From assembly GCA_965221955.1 (NCBI GenBank), contig CBDCTA010000018.1:1-64000 (forward strand): a DNA stretch of 64,000 bases, read 5' to 3'. The position numbers were made by a program, and so were the translations under genes. Below are positions 54,006 through 64,000 of this stretch, piece after piece; the stretch's first letter is position 1; every line of letters starts with the position of its first letter. Source of the stretch: Gammaproteobacteria bacterium (GTDB lineage: Bacteria; Pseudomonadota; Gammaproteobacteria; UBA4575). The notes beneath the pieces were generated by a model. That model was not told the origin of the DNA and did no database searches. It saw only the letters and a list, made by a program, of their open reading frames with translations.

Positions 54006-54947
54006 TCAGTCAATTACTTCTTCAATTTCATATTCGTCTATTTCGGTTGCATGTGTAAATATAACTAATTCACCAATTAACCCAAGAACAAATATTTGTA
54101 CCCCAAGCACTACTAAGAGCGAACTAAGCAATAACGCTGGCCGATCCGCAAGCGGCATACCCAAAAAAAGTCTTTCGGCAATTACATAAAATAAAAAAAG
54201 TAGGCCAAGTATAAACACAATAGAACCAATTAGCCCAAAAAAACGTAAAGGCTTTTTAGTAAATTTAACCAAAAAGAAAACTGTTAAAATATCGAGTATT
54301 CTTCGCATGTATACACCTGGCTTATAAAGCCTTTGCTGCATATCTGACTCCGATTGAGGTAGCTCTACCTCAGCTACTCGAAATCCTTTTTGACTTGCTA
54401 ACAATGGTAGGAACCTATGTTGGTCACCATAAACATTCACTTCATTAGCAACATTCTTAACAAATGCACGTACACCACACCCTAAATCTGAAAAACCACT
54501 CTTTGTAACTAAACTTTGAATTTTATGAAAAATCTTTGTTTGTAACTGATTAAATTTAGAATCAACACGCGGCCATCTTTTACCAATGACCATGTCATTC
54601 CCTTCTAGTTGTTGCAAGAATTTTACCAAACTATCTGATTTAACCTGCAAGTATGCTGGAAGCGTAAGTAAAATATCTGCACGTGCATGCTCAAACCCAA
54701 CTCGTAAAGCAGCTGCCTCACCGAACCAACTTGAAAAGCTAAATATTCTTATTTCTTCACCCTTACTTTTTAAAACTTTGAGCTTTTCCATAGCTTCTGG
54801 ATGTTGTCCATCAAGCACATATATAAATTCATATGTCTCAGTAGCGGCCTTCAATGCATTTTTGTATTCGTAAAATACAGTCTCAACATCGCCATACCGT
54901 TCCCCAATAACGATAATCACTGAAATATTTAGATTAGTTTGACTCAT
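54006..54947 (-). CDS. GT2 family glycosyltransferase (DPM/ArnC-like, divergent)
   Basis: YVLDG, FGEAAAL, SDLGCGVRA, HRFLP, KPLRFFG and GLIGEL; the DxD site is replaced by LPAYLQ. Confidence 0.8.
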   Translation of the reverse strand: MSQTNLNISVIIVIGERYGDVETVFYEYKNALKAATETYEFIYVLDGQHPEAMEKLKVLKSKGEEIRIFSFSSWFGEAAALRVGFEHARADILLTLPAYLQVKSDSLVKFLQQLEGNDMVIGKRWPRVDSKFNQLQTKIFHKIQSLVTKSGFSDLGCGVRAFVKNVANEVNVYGDQHRFLPLLASQKGFRVAEVELPQSESDMQQRLYKPGVYMRRILDILTVFFLVKFTKKPLRFFGLIGSIVFILGLLFLFYVIAERLFLGMPLADRPALLLSSLLVVLGVQIFVLGLIGELVIFTHATEIDEYEIEEVID

Positions 54948-54980
54948 GTACTCTTGGGAAATTTATACAAAGCAGATTTA

Positions 54981-55931
54981 TTACACTTCTTCTTTAGCTG
55001 TAAGCAAACGCAATTTATACATATCCATATTGCCTGACTTATAAATTAACTCTGCTAGCACGCCATTAAAAAACAAAAACACTGCTAGTACTAAAAACAA
55101 TACAGAAGTGCTAGGCAATACAAGAGGGCTGATATTATTTCCAATCAATAACATCACTATAAATACCGTGCTAATCAGCAGAAATATCAAAATTGGTATG
55201 ATCGCTGCGTATGAAAACCAAACCAATGGTTTTGCTTTAAACGAGGAAATCATCTTAATAGTCATTAAATCAATAACGACTTTATAGACTCTAGATAAGC
55301 CATATTTTGATTCACCAAATTGACGCGCATGATGCTTCACTCTTACCTGTGCAATTTTTGAACCCGTAATAGATGCCATTGCAGGAATAAAACGATGCAT
55401 TTCTGAATATAACGGTACATTTTTAATGATTTCTGAACGATACGCCTTTAGCGAACAACCATTATCTTTAATTGGTACACCAGTTACTTTACCAATAATC
55501 CAATTTGCAATGACAGAAGGAATTTTCCTTGAGATTAACTTATCTTGTCGCTTATGACGCCAGCCTACAACAATGTCATACCCTTCATAGATCTTTTCTA
55601 CTAAAGTTTTAATATCACTAGGATCATTTTGTAAGTCACCATCCATTGTAATAATAATCTCTCCAACAGCTTGCTTAATTCCAGCCACCATGGCAGGCGT
55701 CTGTCCATAATTTTTTCTAAATTTAACTACCCTTATATTCTGGTTTTTTGTAGCTAGTTTTTTCAATGAATCAAATGTCCTATCAGAGCTACCATCATCT
55801 ACACATATGATTTCATAATTAAAAGACTCTTCACTCATCTCAGTTACGATCTTTTCGATCAAAATTGGGACATTCTCTTCTTCGTTATACAAAGGAACCA
55901 CTATCGAGAGCTGCTGATTTGCTTGATTCAT
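54981..55931 (-). CDS. GT2 family glycosyltransferase (DPM/ArnC-like)
   Basis: VVPLYNEE, DDGSSD, KNYGQTPA, DGDLQNDP and MHRFIP motifs. Confidence 0.9.
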   Translation of the reverse strand: MNQANQQLSIVVPLYNEEENVPILIEKIVTEMSEESFNYEIICVDDGSSDRTFDSLKKLATKNQNIRVVKFRKNYGQTPAMVAGIKQAVGEIIITMDGDLQNDPSDIKTLVEKIYEGYDIVVGWRHKRQDKLISRKIPSVIANWIIGKVTGVPIKDNGCSLKAYRSEIIKNVPLYSEMHRFIPAMASITGSKIAQVRVKHHARQFGESKYGLSRVYKVVIDLMTIKMISSFKAKPLVWFSYAAIIPILIFLLISTVFIVMLLIGNNISPLVLPSTSVLFLVLAVFLFFNGVLAELIYKSGNMDMYKLRLLTAKEEV

Positions 55932-56326
55932 GAAAGTTGTAAAGTAAATAACCTCAAAAGACCATTCATAGTATATGCATTTAATCCAAATTTAATTTGC
56001 GTGACTTCTAAATTATGAACAAACAAAAAATTTCTTAGATAAATTGATAGAGAGTTGGCTAAAAAACTAATTCAAGCCCGTTTGTCCTAAAATTAATCCG
56101 TTTTATCCATTGCATACAGAAATTTACTGGGTAATGTGTACATTTACGAAAGTGTGACGAAGTTCAAATAAATGCATTTGCTAACAGTAAGTTAGTTTCC
56201 ATATAAATTCAGTACCTTATTCATATATCACTGTAAATTAGAGAGTTTTTCTGAAGCAACCAACCGCTTCAGACGCAAATATTTTATTCATAATTATTTT
56301 ATATATACACATAAAACATAACGGAC

Positions 56327-57556
56327 ATGTTAATCAAAAAAACGTACAAATTTGTAACGATCGCTTTCAGCAAAATTCTAAAATCTTCTTCCAAACTATT
56401 GTCGATAATCCCAATTTCATGCTTACTAATAGCATGCGGGGGAGGTTCTGGAGGAAGCTCTGATGACACCGAAAACACAAACGCTCAGGCACCTGCGTCT
56501 TTAACAATGAATGCCAATCCAAAAGCTGTAAAAACTGGGCAGTTTACAACAATCACATGGGAAGCCTTAAACTCAGACAGCTGTTTCGCAAAGGGTGAAT
56601 GGACTAAAGATACAAGTACCACTGGAGCCGCTACAGTAAAACCTGAGCACAATAAGAACACCTATACGATGATATGCCATAGTAAAGGAAAATCTATCTC
56701 AGAATCTATCTCAATCAGCTTTAATGATAACTCAACTCCACCTGCGGACGATTCAACACCTGAGCCTGACAAAAGAAATACACCAGCCCCCAATAAACCA
56801 AATTCAGCACCTAGCTTATCATTATCAGCTGATGCTAACAGTGTTGAACAAAATACATTTACCACGATACGGTGGAGTTCAAAAAATGCTATTAGCTGTA
56901 AAGCATTTGGGAACTGGACAGAAAAAAGAACACCTTCTGGTTCACAAAAAGTTGGTCCTTTGAAAAAAACTACCTCGTACATGCTAACTTGCTCAGGAGC
57001 CGGAGGCAGTTCAACTAAATCGGTCCGAATCAATGTGCTCGACAAAAAAGAACCTTCCATAATCATCGCTGCTGATCCTGAAACAGTAAACGAAGGTAAG
57101 TACTCAACTATCCGCTGGGAAAGTAAAAATACAGATCTTTGCACCTCAACAGGAGGCTGGACAAATAAAAATAGTATTTCGGGAACTGAAAGTGTCGGCC
57201 CACTCTCTAATGACACAGAATTCAGTATCACATGTGAAGGTAATGGGAAAGCCATAACAAAAACTGTAAAAGTCACTGTGACACCGAAAGATTCATTAGG
57301 GTCAGTTGAGCTTTCATGGACTCCACCTAATACAAATGAAAATGGCACAGCTTTAACTGACTTAGCTGGATATACTATTCATTATGGAATCTCTAAAGAG
57401 GACTTAAATAAAAAAATAAATATCAATATGCCGGGAGTTAGTTCACACGTTATTAATAATTTAACTAAGAACACCTATTACTTTGCAGTTAGCGCATTTG
57501 ATGCATCAGGCAATAACAGTAAAAAGTCCGCAGTAGCACGTAAATCCATAAATTGA
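56327..57556 (+). CDS. Lipoprotein with three Ig-like repeats and a C-terminal fibronectin type III domain
   Basis: Lipobox LLIA-C followed by GGGSGG; three repeats of T(I)xW...C...GxW...G...C; FN3 LSWTPP...LAGYTIHYG...YYFAVSAFD. Confidence 0.8.
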   Translation: MLIKKTYKFVTIAFSKILKSSSKLLSIIPISCLLIACGGGSGGSSDDTENTNAQAPASLTMNANPKAVKTGQFTTITWEALNSDSCFAKGEWTKDTSTTGAATVKPEHNKNTYTMICHSKGKSISESISISFNDNSTPPADDSTPEPDKRNTPAPNKPNSAPSLSLSADANSVEQNTFTTIRWSSKNAISCKAFGNWTEKRTPSGSQKVGPLKKTTSYMLTCSGAGGSSTKSVRINVLDKKEPSIIIAADPETVNEGKYSTIRWESKNTDLCTSTGGWTNKNSISGTESVGPLSNDTEFSITCEGNGKAITKTVKVTVTPKDSLGSVELSWTPPNTNENGTALTDLAGYTIHYGISKEDLNKKININMPGVSSHVINNLTKNTYYFAVSAFDASGNNSKKSAVARKSIN

Positions 57557-57622
57557 ATTGAAACTTATTCATAAATTTAAAATATCTTGAAAAAGATGCA
57601 TGATAAAAAATAGCTAAAAAAT

Positions 57623-59203
57623 ATGATATTTGCTCGACATTACACTTTATTCTTTTTAATCGTATTTTGTTTTTACGCCTCCCCTAGTTTTCTCTTAGCA
57701 GCTGGCAGTATTCCATTGTATGGAATGTATGAAGAGACTATTAACTATAAAACAGTAACGGGTAATAGCCATTCATTTACTGCTCCATTCTATGGAGTTG
57801 AATTAAATGCCACATTCACAAGCCCATCCGGGAAAAGAATTACATGGTTTGGGTTTTATGATGGTGACGGCAAAGGCGGGCAAACTGGAGATATTTGGAA
57901 AATTCGTTTCATGCCAGATGAAGTTGGCAAGTGGACTTATACATGGCAGTTCAGCTCCCAAGGCGTGAGTGGAAGCGGAAATTTCACTGCAACGACTACC
58001 GGCGCAAAACCTGGCCCATTAAAACAAGATAAGAACATTCCACAATGGCTTATTACTGCAGATGAAAAAAAATATGTGTTTTTAAATATGAATCATACGG
58101 GAGATTTTTCTGCACATACTAATCCTAATAGAGCTATCACAGACACAAAAAATAATCGATATGACGCCTTAATGATCCCTGGACCAGCTCATCCTCATTG
58201 GGACGGACAAACAAAAAATAGCTCTAATCCATATCAGTTTATGGATACAAATAGTTTCACACCTCGCTTACAAGGATGGCACTTTGCTGAGAACGGGTTA
58301 TATAAAGAAGCATATGACAACAATATTTATATATACGAATTTCTTGGCTTTTATGCTGGTAATAAATTTTATTTACTACATCAAAAGTCTACTTCGTTTC
58401 AAAACAAAGTTTTAAAATACTGGCTTGCACGCACCGCTGCAAATTACATCTTTCTATATAATATTGGTTTCGAATTAGCTGAGTATGTCAGCGTCCCTTC
58501 TTGGCCAGAAGAACGAGCTAGATACATCAAATCTCTCGATCCTTTTAACCATTTAATAACAGGACATCAGAAAGGAGGCAGATGGAGTTATGGAAGTGGC
58601 TCATCGGCCATGGGGTTTAGCGCACTACAAACTAACGAAGACTTTCACAAAATGGGGCTAAGAGTTTGGAACTCACCCTCAAAATCACACCCACATTGCA
58701 ACGAGTGTATTTGGAGTGGGTTTCCACAGTATCAAGCTCCTGGCACCGAAAGTTCACATCGTAGAGATCTCTGGGACGGAATCACTGCTGGTATGAGCTA
58801 TGCTTTTATTCCTTGGATGGGCGATAAAACGGGCACAAGTTCATTCAAACATGCTAATACCTTTCTAAAAAGTGGAGTTAAATGGTGGAAAATGTCTCCA
58901 CATGATGAAATCGTTATCAGCGACAATGCATATGCATTAGCAAATTTGGGTAAAGAATATATTGTTTACTCAAATTCAGGGAGCAAAATAGAGCTAAAGC
59001 TTCCCAATGGTACCTACATGCAACAATGGTTTAATCCTGCTAGTGGATCTTTCACAGAAAAAAAATCTTTAGTGAGCGCTGATGGAAAAGTAGAATTAAA
59101 TAAACCAAACACCAAAGACTGGGTACTTCATCTAGAATTTAGCAGCTCGAACGACAAGGATACTATTCCACCCTCATCTCCCACCAATCTAAATGTAAAT
59201 TAA
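57623..59203 (+). CDS. Secreted DUF5060/putative glycoside hydrolase with collagen-binding-like C-terminal domain
   Basis: Signal peptide; ATFTSPSG...GFYDGDG...WKIRFMPDEVGKWTY; ALANLGKEYIVY...WFNPASG...DWVL. Confidence 0.7.
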   Translation: MIFARHYTLFFLIVFCFYASPSFLLAAGSIPLYGMYEETINYKTVTGNSHSFTAPFYGVELNATFTSPSGKRITWFGFYDGDGKGGQTGDIWKIRFMPDEVGKWTYTWQFSSQGVSGSGNFTATTTGAKPGPLKQDKNIPQWLITADEKKYVFLNMNHTGDFSAHTNPNRAITDTKNNRYDALMIPGPAHPHWDGQTKNSSNPYQFMDTNSFTPRLQGWHFAENGLYKEAYDNNIYIYEFLGFYAGNKFYLLHQKSTSFQNKVLKYWLARTAANYIFLYNIGFELAEYVSVPSWPEERARYIKSLDPFNHLITGHQKGGRWSYGSGSSAMGFSALQTNEDFHKMGLRVWNSPSKSHPHCNECIWSGFPQYQAPGTESSHRRDLWDGITAGMSYAFIPWMGDKTGTSSFKHANTFLKSGVKWWKMSPHDEIVISDNAYALANLGKEYIVYSNSGSKIELKLPNGTYMQQWFNPASGSFTEKKSLVSADGKVELNKPNTKDWVLHLEFSSSNDKDTIPPSSPTNLNVN

Positions 59204-59242
59204 TATTTCCTATACTTTCTTAAATTTTAAAATTAATGTTAA

Positions 59243-59980
59243 TTATATTTTTTGACCAATCACCACAATATGATCATACAAGTTTTTGTGCACTTTAAAA
59301 ACAAACTCTTTTCCAAATATTGCTTTAAGTATACTTATAACAATTCCATTTCTTGCAAATATAAGCACAATGTTTGCCAATACTCGATCAAAGACGTTTA
59401 ACAGCTTATTAGAAGATAAACCGTAATTAGTTAAAAACGGTCTAGACTCAATAATCTTAAATCCTGTTTCAACAAACATCGTTTCTATTCTTCTTAAAGT
59501 AGTTACAAAACTATGTTGATACTCATACAAATAAAACAATTTCCCTAACGTTTCATAGTTAGGAGCAATAACTACAATATGTCCATTTACTTTCAATACT
59601 CTATTTGATTCTTCAAAAAACCTGACTACATCAGTGAACAATTGCAAATGTTCGACCACATCAAACGAGTAGACCATATCCACCACATCATTTTGCAAAT
59701 TAATTTCAGGAATTGCCTCAGAAATTAGCTCTAAATTCCTATCGGCTAACATTTCTCGCAATTTAGAGCTTGGTTCAATTCCAATGTAGTTATATCCTTT
59801 TTTAGTAATTTCTTGAGCAAATTCTCCTCTTCCCGTACCAACTTCCAGTACACTTGCATTCGATGATAGATATTGGCCTAACAAACCGACAATAACTTCT
59901 ATAGCCTTGGATTTTCTCTTCCTACCTAGGCTTGTGGTGCTACTCAATGTATATATATCTTCACCTGAGCTCATTGCCAT
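59243..59980 (-). CDS. Class I SAM-dependent methyltransferase
   Basis: VLEVGTGRG, GIEPS, DVVEHL and RVLKVNG motifs. Confidence 0.88.
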   Translation of the reverse strand: MAMSSGEDIYTLSSTTSLGRKRKSKAIEVIVGLLGQYLSSNASVLEVGTGRGEFAQEITKKGYNYIGIEPSSKLREMLADRNLELISEAIPEINLQNDVVDMVYSFDVVEHLQLFTDVVRFFEESNRVLKVNGHIVVIAPNYETLGKLFYLYEYQHSFVTTLRRIETMFVETGFKIIESRPFLTNYGLSSNKLLNVFDRVLANIVLIFARNGIVISILKAIFGKEFVFKVHKNLYDHIVVIGQKI

Positions 59981-60075
59981 CCTCTTTAACGAATAACTTA
60001 GAATATTTACCTAAAATATAGTACACAATGTTCGGAATAATTATTTAAATCAGCTTCTCATTCTGCCCAATATCG

Positions 60076-61518
60076 ATGACTAAAAACCATGAAAAATCGC
60101 GAACAGCTCGCATATTCCAAAATTTTGGCTATTTAACCATAGGCAAACTAATAGGTGACGCCTTCACATTTGCGCTATTCGTAATTCTATCACGCACCTA
60201 CGGTCAAGAAGGTATAGGACAATACTCCTTTGCTATGGCACTAACAGGTTTTTTTGCAGTCGTCTCTGACTTTGGTTTATTTCATCTTTCAATTAAAGAA
60301 ATAAGCCGTATGGGAAAAGATATTAATAGCTATGTTGGAAAACTCTTGTGCGTCAGAATCTTGTTAACACTTATTATTTTTAGCGCATTACTCATTGTAG
60401 CCTTTGCACTTAAGTTTTCTCCTGATTTACTGAGTATTATTCTTTTAATTGGAGCATATCAAATAATTTACACACTGGTAGACGGACAAGTTGCAATATT
60501 CATAGCGAAGGAGAATATGCTGACCCCAGCAATACTTGAATCTTCGCTAAAAATACTCATCGCAGTAATTGGCATATCTATTGCTTTATTAGGCGGTACA
60601 CTAGCAACAGTTGTGGGCGTGTTTCCACTTGTCACTTTTATATATATATTTTTAACTTTTTATGTAGTAACAAAGTTTTACAGAATTCCCAAAATGCATT
60701 TTTCTTTTAATGCTGCTTATCTATATTTAAAAGAAGCAGTGCCTTACGCATTCATGCTTTTTTTAAATCAACTCTCAACACGCATTGATGTAGTATTTCT
60801 TGGATTCATATTAGGAGTTGCTGCTGCGGGTATCTATAATACAGCCTATCGCTTAATTTTCATGCTGTTAATAATTTCTAATTTCGCTAGCATGGCATTA
60901 TTTCCTGTAATGTCAAAATTATATGTAAGCTCGAAAAATAAATTACAAGAATTATATGAGCACGCATTAAATACAATTATTATTATCGGTATTCCAGCAA
61001 CTGTTGGATTATGGATGATTGCGCCAGAACTTATTCTTTTAATTTATGGGGATCAATTCACTGATTCTATTTTTATACTGCAACTTCTAGCATGGCTATT
61101 ATTGATTGTGTGTATACATCAATTAATTGGCACTGTATTAACTGCTAGTGATAGACAACATAAAAGAACAAAATGCCAATGGATAGCAGCTATATGCAAC
61201 ATAGTAGGAAACGCTATATTAATACCTACTATTGGTATCAAAGGAGCTGCGATTGCTACATTGCTGTCGGAGTCTATATTAGTACTTTTGCTGGCGTATG
61301 AAGTCAAACAATACCTTACCTGGCCACACATTGGCTCAAGACTTATCATTAGCAGTATAGGTGCAACGGCATTCTGTTTACCCTACTTCTACTTTAAACC
61401 TATTCCAATAATTGTGGCCATACCATCAGCTGCAATAATCTATTTTGTTACTCTTTATTCTTTTAAAGAAATCAGAACAAATGAACTAAATACTATAATT
61501 AATATAATAAAAAATTAA
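60076..61518 (+). CDS. Wzx-type polysaccharide flippase
   Basis: About 14 TM helices; GQYSFA, SDFGL, RIDVVFL, GIYNTAYR and GAAIAT motifs. Confidence 0.9.
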   Translation: MTKNHEKSRTARIFQNFGYLTIGKLIGDAFTFALFVILSRTYGQEGIGQYSFAMALTGFFAVVSDFGLFHLSIKEISRMGKDINSYVGKLLCVRILLTLIIFSALLIVAFALKFSPDLLSIILLIGAYQIIYTLVDGQVAIFIAKENMLTPAILESSLKILIAVIGISIALLGGTLATVVGVFPLVTFIYIFLTFYVVTKFYRIPKMHFSFNAAYLYLKEAVPYAFMLFLNQLSTRIDVVFLGFILGVAAAGIYNTAYRLIFMLLIISNFASMALFPVMSKLYVSSKNKLQELYEHALNTIIIIGIPATVGLWMIAPELILLIYGDQFTDSIFILQLLAWLLLIVCIHQLIGTVLTASDRQHKRTKCQWIAAICNIVGNAILIPTIGIKGAAIATLLSESILVLLLAYEVKQYLTWPHIGSRLIISSIGATAFCLPYFYFKPIPIIVAIPSAAIIYFVTLYSFKEIRTNELNTIINIIKN

Positions 61519-61547
61519 TTAGATTAATAATCTACTAAAAACGAAAT

Positions 61548-62639
61548 ATGTTACATATAAATTATATTCGCAGCTTAGACGAGCTTGAGGCAATGAAATC
61601 GATTTGGAACCAGCTTAAATCTAACAATAAAAACGCTACTATATTTCAATCTTGGGAGTGGAATCATATTTGGTGTAAATATGTACTTCCTACATATAAA
61701 AATGCGAATTTAAAAATTATCGTTTTAGAAAATGAAAACAAAGAAACTCTAGGCATCTTACCTGTTTTTGAAGACAGCCTTGCTGGACCTTTTGTGAAAT
61801 TATTCCAATTTATAGGCCATCATGTATCTTGCCAAAACGACATAATTCTTGCTCAACCAGAAAATAAAGAACTCGTTGAAGAAGTAATAGCTACATTACA
61901 AAATGAACTCGGTCTAAATGCTTTTTTATTCCTTAAACATTTAGATAGTAATTCACTTTTTACCAAAAACTTAGCTGATAAAAGATTAGCAGAAGTTCAA
62001 TACCCACGAATTATAATTAATAATGACCCAGAAATTAAAGACCAACGAACTAGACTCAGAAAATCAACCCGTAAAAATTTTCGTTGGAGAGAAAACAAAT
62101 TAAAACGTGATTATGAAATTAGATACTCAATCAAATCAGGAGAAGAAGCTTTGCCTGCTTTAAGTGGGTTAATCCAGCTGCATCAAAATCGTTTTAAATC
62201 AACGAACCGAGAAACATTTGTTACAGGACCTGTAATTAAATTTTTCGAAAATTGTACATTAAAGATGCATGATAAAATTGAACTTATCGAATTATATGCA
62301 AATGACAAAGTAATCGCATCAGAGTTGGCAATTCATGATAATGGCCAGTATTTTTTTATGGTCGGAGGCTTCGATACAGACTTCCAAGAATTTTCGCCTC
62401 TAAGAATCTTGATGACGGAATGCATGAGGTTAGCTTTTGAGGAATACAATTGTGAGTTTTGCGATCTAGGTCCTGGCTATGAAACTTACAAATATGATTG
62501 GAATCCAGATATTCTCAGCAATTATTTTGCTTCTATTTCAGGACCAGGGCCATATTCTAAAATATTAGCTAATTTATACAAAAGAGCTTTTATAAAAAGA
62601 TTGCCGCCAGACCCTAGACAAAATTTAAATAAAAAATAG
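61548..62639 (+). CDS. GNAT acetyltransferase (CelD/BcsL-like)
   Basis: IFQSWEW, RKNFRWRENKL, LHQNRF, SPLRILM and DLGPGYETYKYDW motifs. Confidence 0.82.
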   Translation: MLHINYIRSLDELEAMKSIWNQLKSNNKNATIFQSWEWNHIWCKYVLPTYKNANLKIIVLENENKETLGILPVFEDSLAGPFVKLFQFIGHHVSCQNDIILAQPENKELVEEVIATLQNELGLNAFLFLKHLDSNSLFTKNLADKRLAEVQYPRIIINNDPEIKDQRTRLRKSTRKNFRWRENKLKRDYEIRYSIKSGEEALPALSGLIQLHQNRFKSTNRETFVTGPVIKFFENCTLKMHDKIELIELYANDKVIASELAIHDNGQYFFMVGGFDTDFQEFSPLRILMTECMRLAFEEYNCEFCDLGPGYETYKYDWNPDILSNYFASISGPGPYSKILANLYKRAFIKRLPPDPRQNLNKK

Positions 62640-63431
62640 TCATGGTTTAGGAGAATTCTCAACTTTTATTTCAAATAACTTTGGCCACAACTTCCCTGTA
62701 ACGAAAAGTCGATTATCTTTTTTATCATAAGCAATACAGTTCATTACATCTACATCGTGTTCTTCTCTATCACGCTTATTTAATATATCTGTCAAATCTA
62801 TCCACCCTAATACACTTCCGTCTTTTGGTGAAATTCTTACAATGAAATCACTGAAAAGTATATTTGCATAAATTTCATTATTTACATATTCCAATTCATT
62901 AATTTTATCAACAGAAAATCCATTATTACGAACTTTTATTCTACGTATTTCGCCAAAAGAATCAGGGTCTAAAAATCGAATAATTGAACTCCCATCACTC
63001 ATGATTAAATTCTCTCCATCATGAGTTAAGCCCCAACCTTCAGTCGAGTACCTAAATTCAGAAAGCTTGTTAAAAGTATTTTTTTCATAAACAAACCCCT
63101 CACCTGAAGTATAAGTAAGTTGAATAATATTACCCTCCCATAATGTTATACCTTCTCCAAAGTATTTTTTATCTAAAGATATAGATTTCAAAACCTTCCC
63201 TGTCGCGATATCCACCTTACGTAATGAAGACAAACCTTTTTTTCTTCCTGTTCCTTCATATAAATAACCAGCATCATAAATAAGGCCTTGGCACCAAGCA
63301 TTTGTATCATGTGGATATATATTGGTGATTTGGTATCCATAAACTAAATCTTTTCTATTTTTAAGGTGATTGATATAGCCAAATAAGAAAATCACACCTA
63401 AAAACAATATTATGAATACATACTTTTTCAC
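62640..63431 (-). CDS. Glutaminyl-peptide cyclotransferase (bacterial/plant type)
   Basis: YPHDTNAWCQGL, YEGTG, FGEG, EGWGLT, MSDGS, NELE and TGKLWP motifs. Confidence 0.92.
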   Translation of the reverse strand: MKKYVFIILFLGVIFLFGYINHLKNRKDLVYGYQITNIYPHDTNAWCQGLIYDAGYLYEGTGRKKGLSSLRKVDIATGKVLKSISLDKKYFGEGITLWEGNIIQLTYTSGEGFVYEKNTFNKLSEFRYSTEGWGLTHDGENLIMSDGSSIIRFLDPDSFGEIRRIKVRNNGFSVDKINELEYVNNEIYANILFSDFIVRISPKDGSVLGWIDLTDILNKRDREEHDVDVMNCIAYDKKDNRLFVTGKLWPKLFEIKVENSPKP

Positions 63432-63566
63432 AAATTAACCTATATGAAATGTTATATTACTCTCGTTTTAATTAAATAATATTTAATATAATCTTAGTTT
63501 TAGACTATTAATATTTCTATGGTATCAAGTGATATCTTAATAACATAATGTTGCATATTTTATCTG

Positions 63567-64000
63567 ATGTACTATAAAAATAATAAAGTAGCTAGAATTT
63601 GGAATAAGCATTCTGATGAAATCTCAGCCTTTTTTTTGCGACGTTATCCTAGTTTTGTAATATCGAGAAAAACTTCAAAACCATTATCTCAAATTCCAGT
63701 ATTTGTTTTTCATGAAGTAAATGCTAATGACTTCGAATTTCAATTAAAGTATTTATCAGAAAATAATTACAGATCTCTAAATTGTAAGGAGTTTGAAAAT
63801 GCTAAACTTACTGGGAAAAGAGAAGGCAATGAAGTTGTATTAACCTTTGATGATGCTACTTCAACATTTTGGACTTATGCATTCCCATTACTAAAAAAAT
63901 ATAATCACAAAGCAATTCTATTTGCTATTGCAGGACTCACACCCGATGACACTCAAGATTATCCTAATCTAGAAGATTTATGGTCAAAGAAAGCAACATT
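63567..64000 (+). CDS. Polysaccharide deacetylase (CE4/NodB), 3'-truncated by the window edge
   Basis: Not in the ORF track. Manual translation: MYYKNNKVARIW...IPVFVFHEV...FEFQLKYLSENNY...VVLTFDDA...YAFPLLKKY. Confidence 0.85.
   Translation, partial: MYYKNNKVARIWNKHSDEISAFFLRRYPSFVISRKTSKPLSQIPVFVFHEVNANDFEFQLKYLSENNYRSLNCKEFENAKLTGKREGNEVVLTFDDATSTFWTYAFPLLKKYNHKAILFAIAGLTPDDTQDYPNLEDLWSKKAT

Noticed and set aside
56662-57348. 228-aa antisense ORF
   Set aside because: Lies wholly opposite the lipoprotein gene and has no recognisable motifs; a shadow ORF.

Overview
Chromosomal window of a gammaproteobacterium, probably uncultured. The backbone is conserved housekeeping blocks: cdsA-uppS-frr-pyrH-tsf-rpsB; map-glnD-dapC-dapD-yffB-dapE; lepB-rnc-era-recO-pdxJ-acpS-cysM; thrS-infC-rpmI-rplT-pheST-ihfA-merR-tRNA-Pro; uvrB, an aminotransferase, tRNA-Val and tRNA-Asn; pheA-tyrA-aroA-cmk-rpsA-ihfB-lapAB-pyrF-comEA-galU. 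AT-richer surface-glycan islets interrupt it at tRNA-Val and tRNA-Asn, and a PEP-CTERM/exopolysaccharide region runs from about 51 kb to the end. Four core genes (cdsA, pyrH, thrS, aroA) each carry one 1-nt indel, most likely assembly errors. Most notable: (1) a single gene bracketed by two direct copies of a 30-bp imperfect palindrome with a shared T:T mismatch, resembling a gene cassette (12353-12900); (2) ribosomal protein S2 fused to a C-terminal DUF4332-like helix-hairpin-helix domain; (3) a YdjC deacetylase, GT2, GtrA and GT-C set resembling hexosamine lipid A modification systems but split over two tRNA islets; (4) an unannotated decayed paralog of a PEP-CTERM gene; (5) a duplicated tRNA-Val 5' end with palindromic repeats. 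All family assignments come from recognising motifs by eye; no searches were run.
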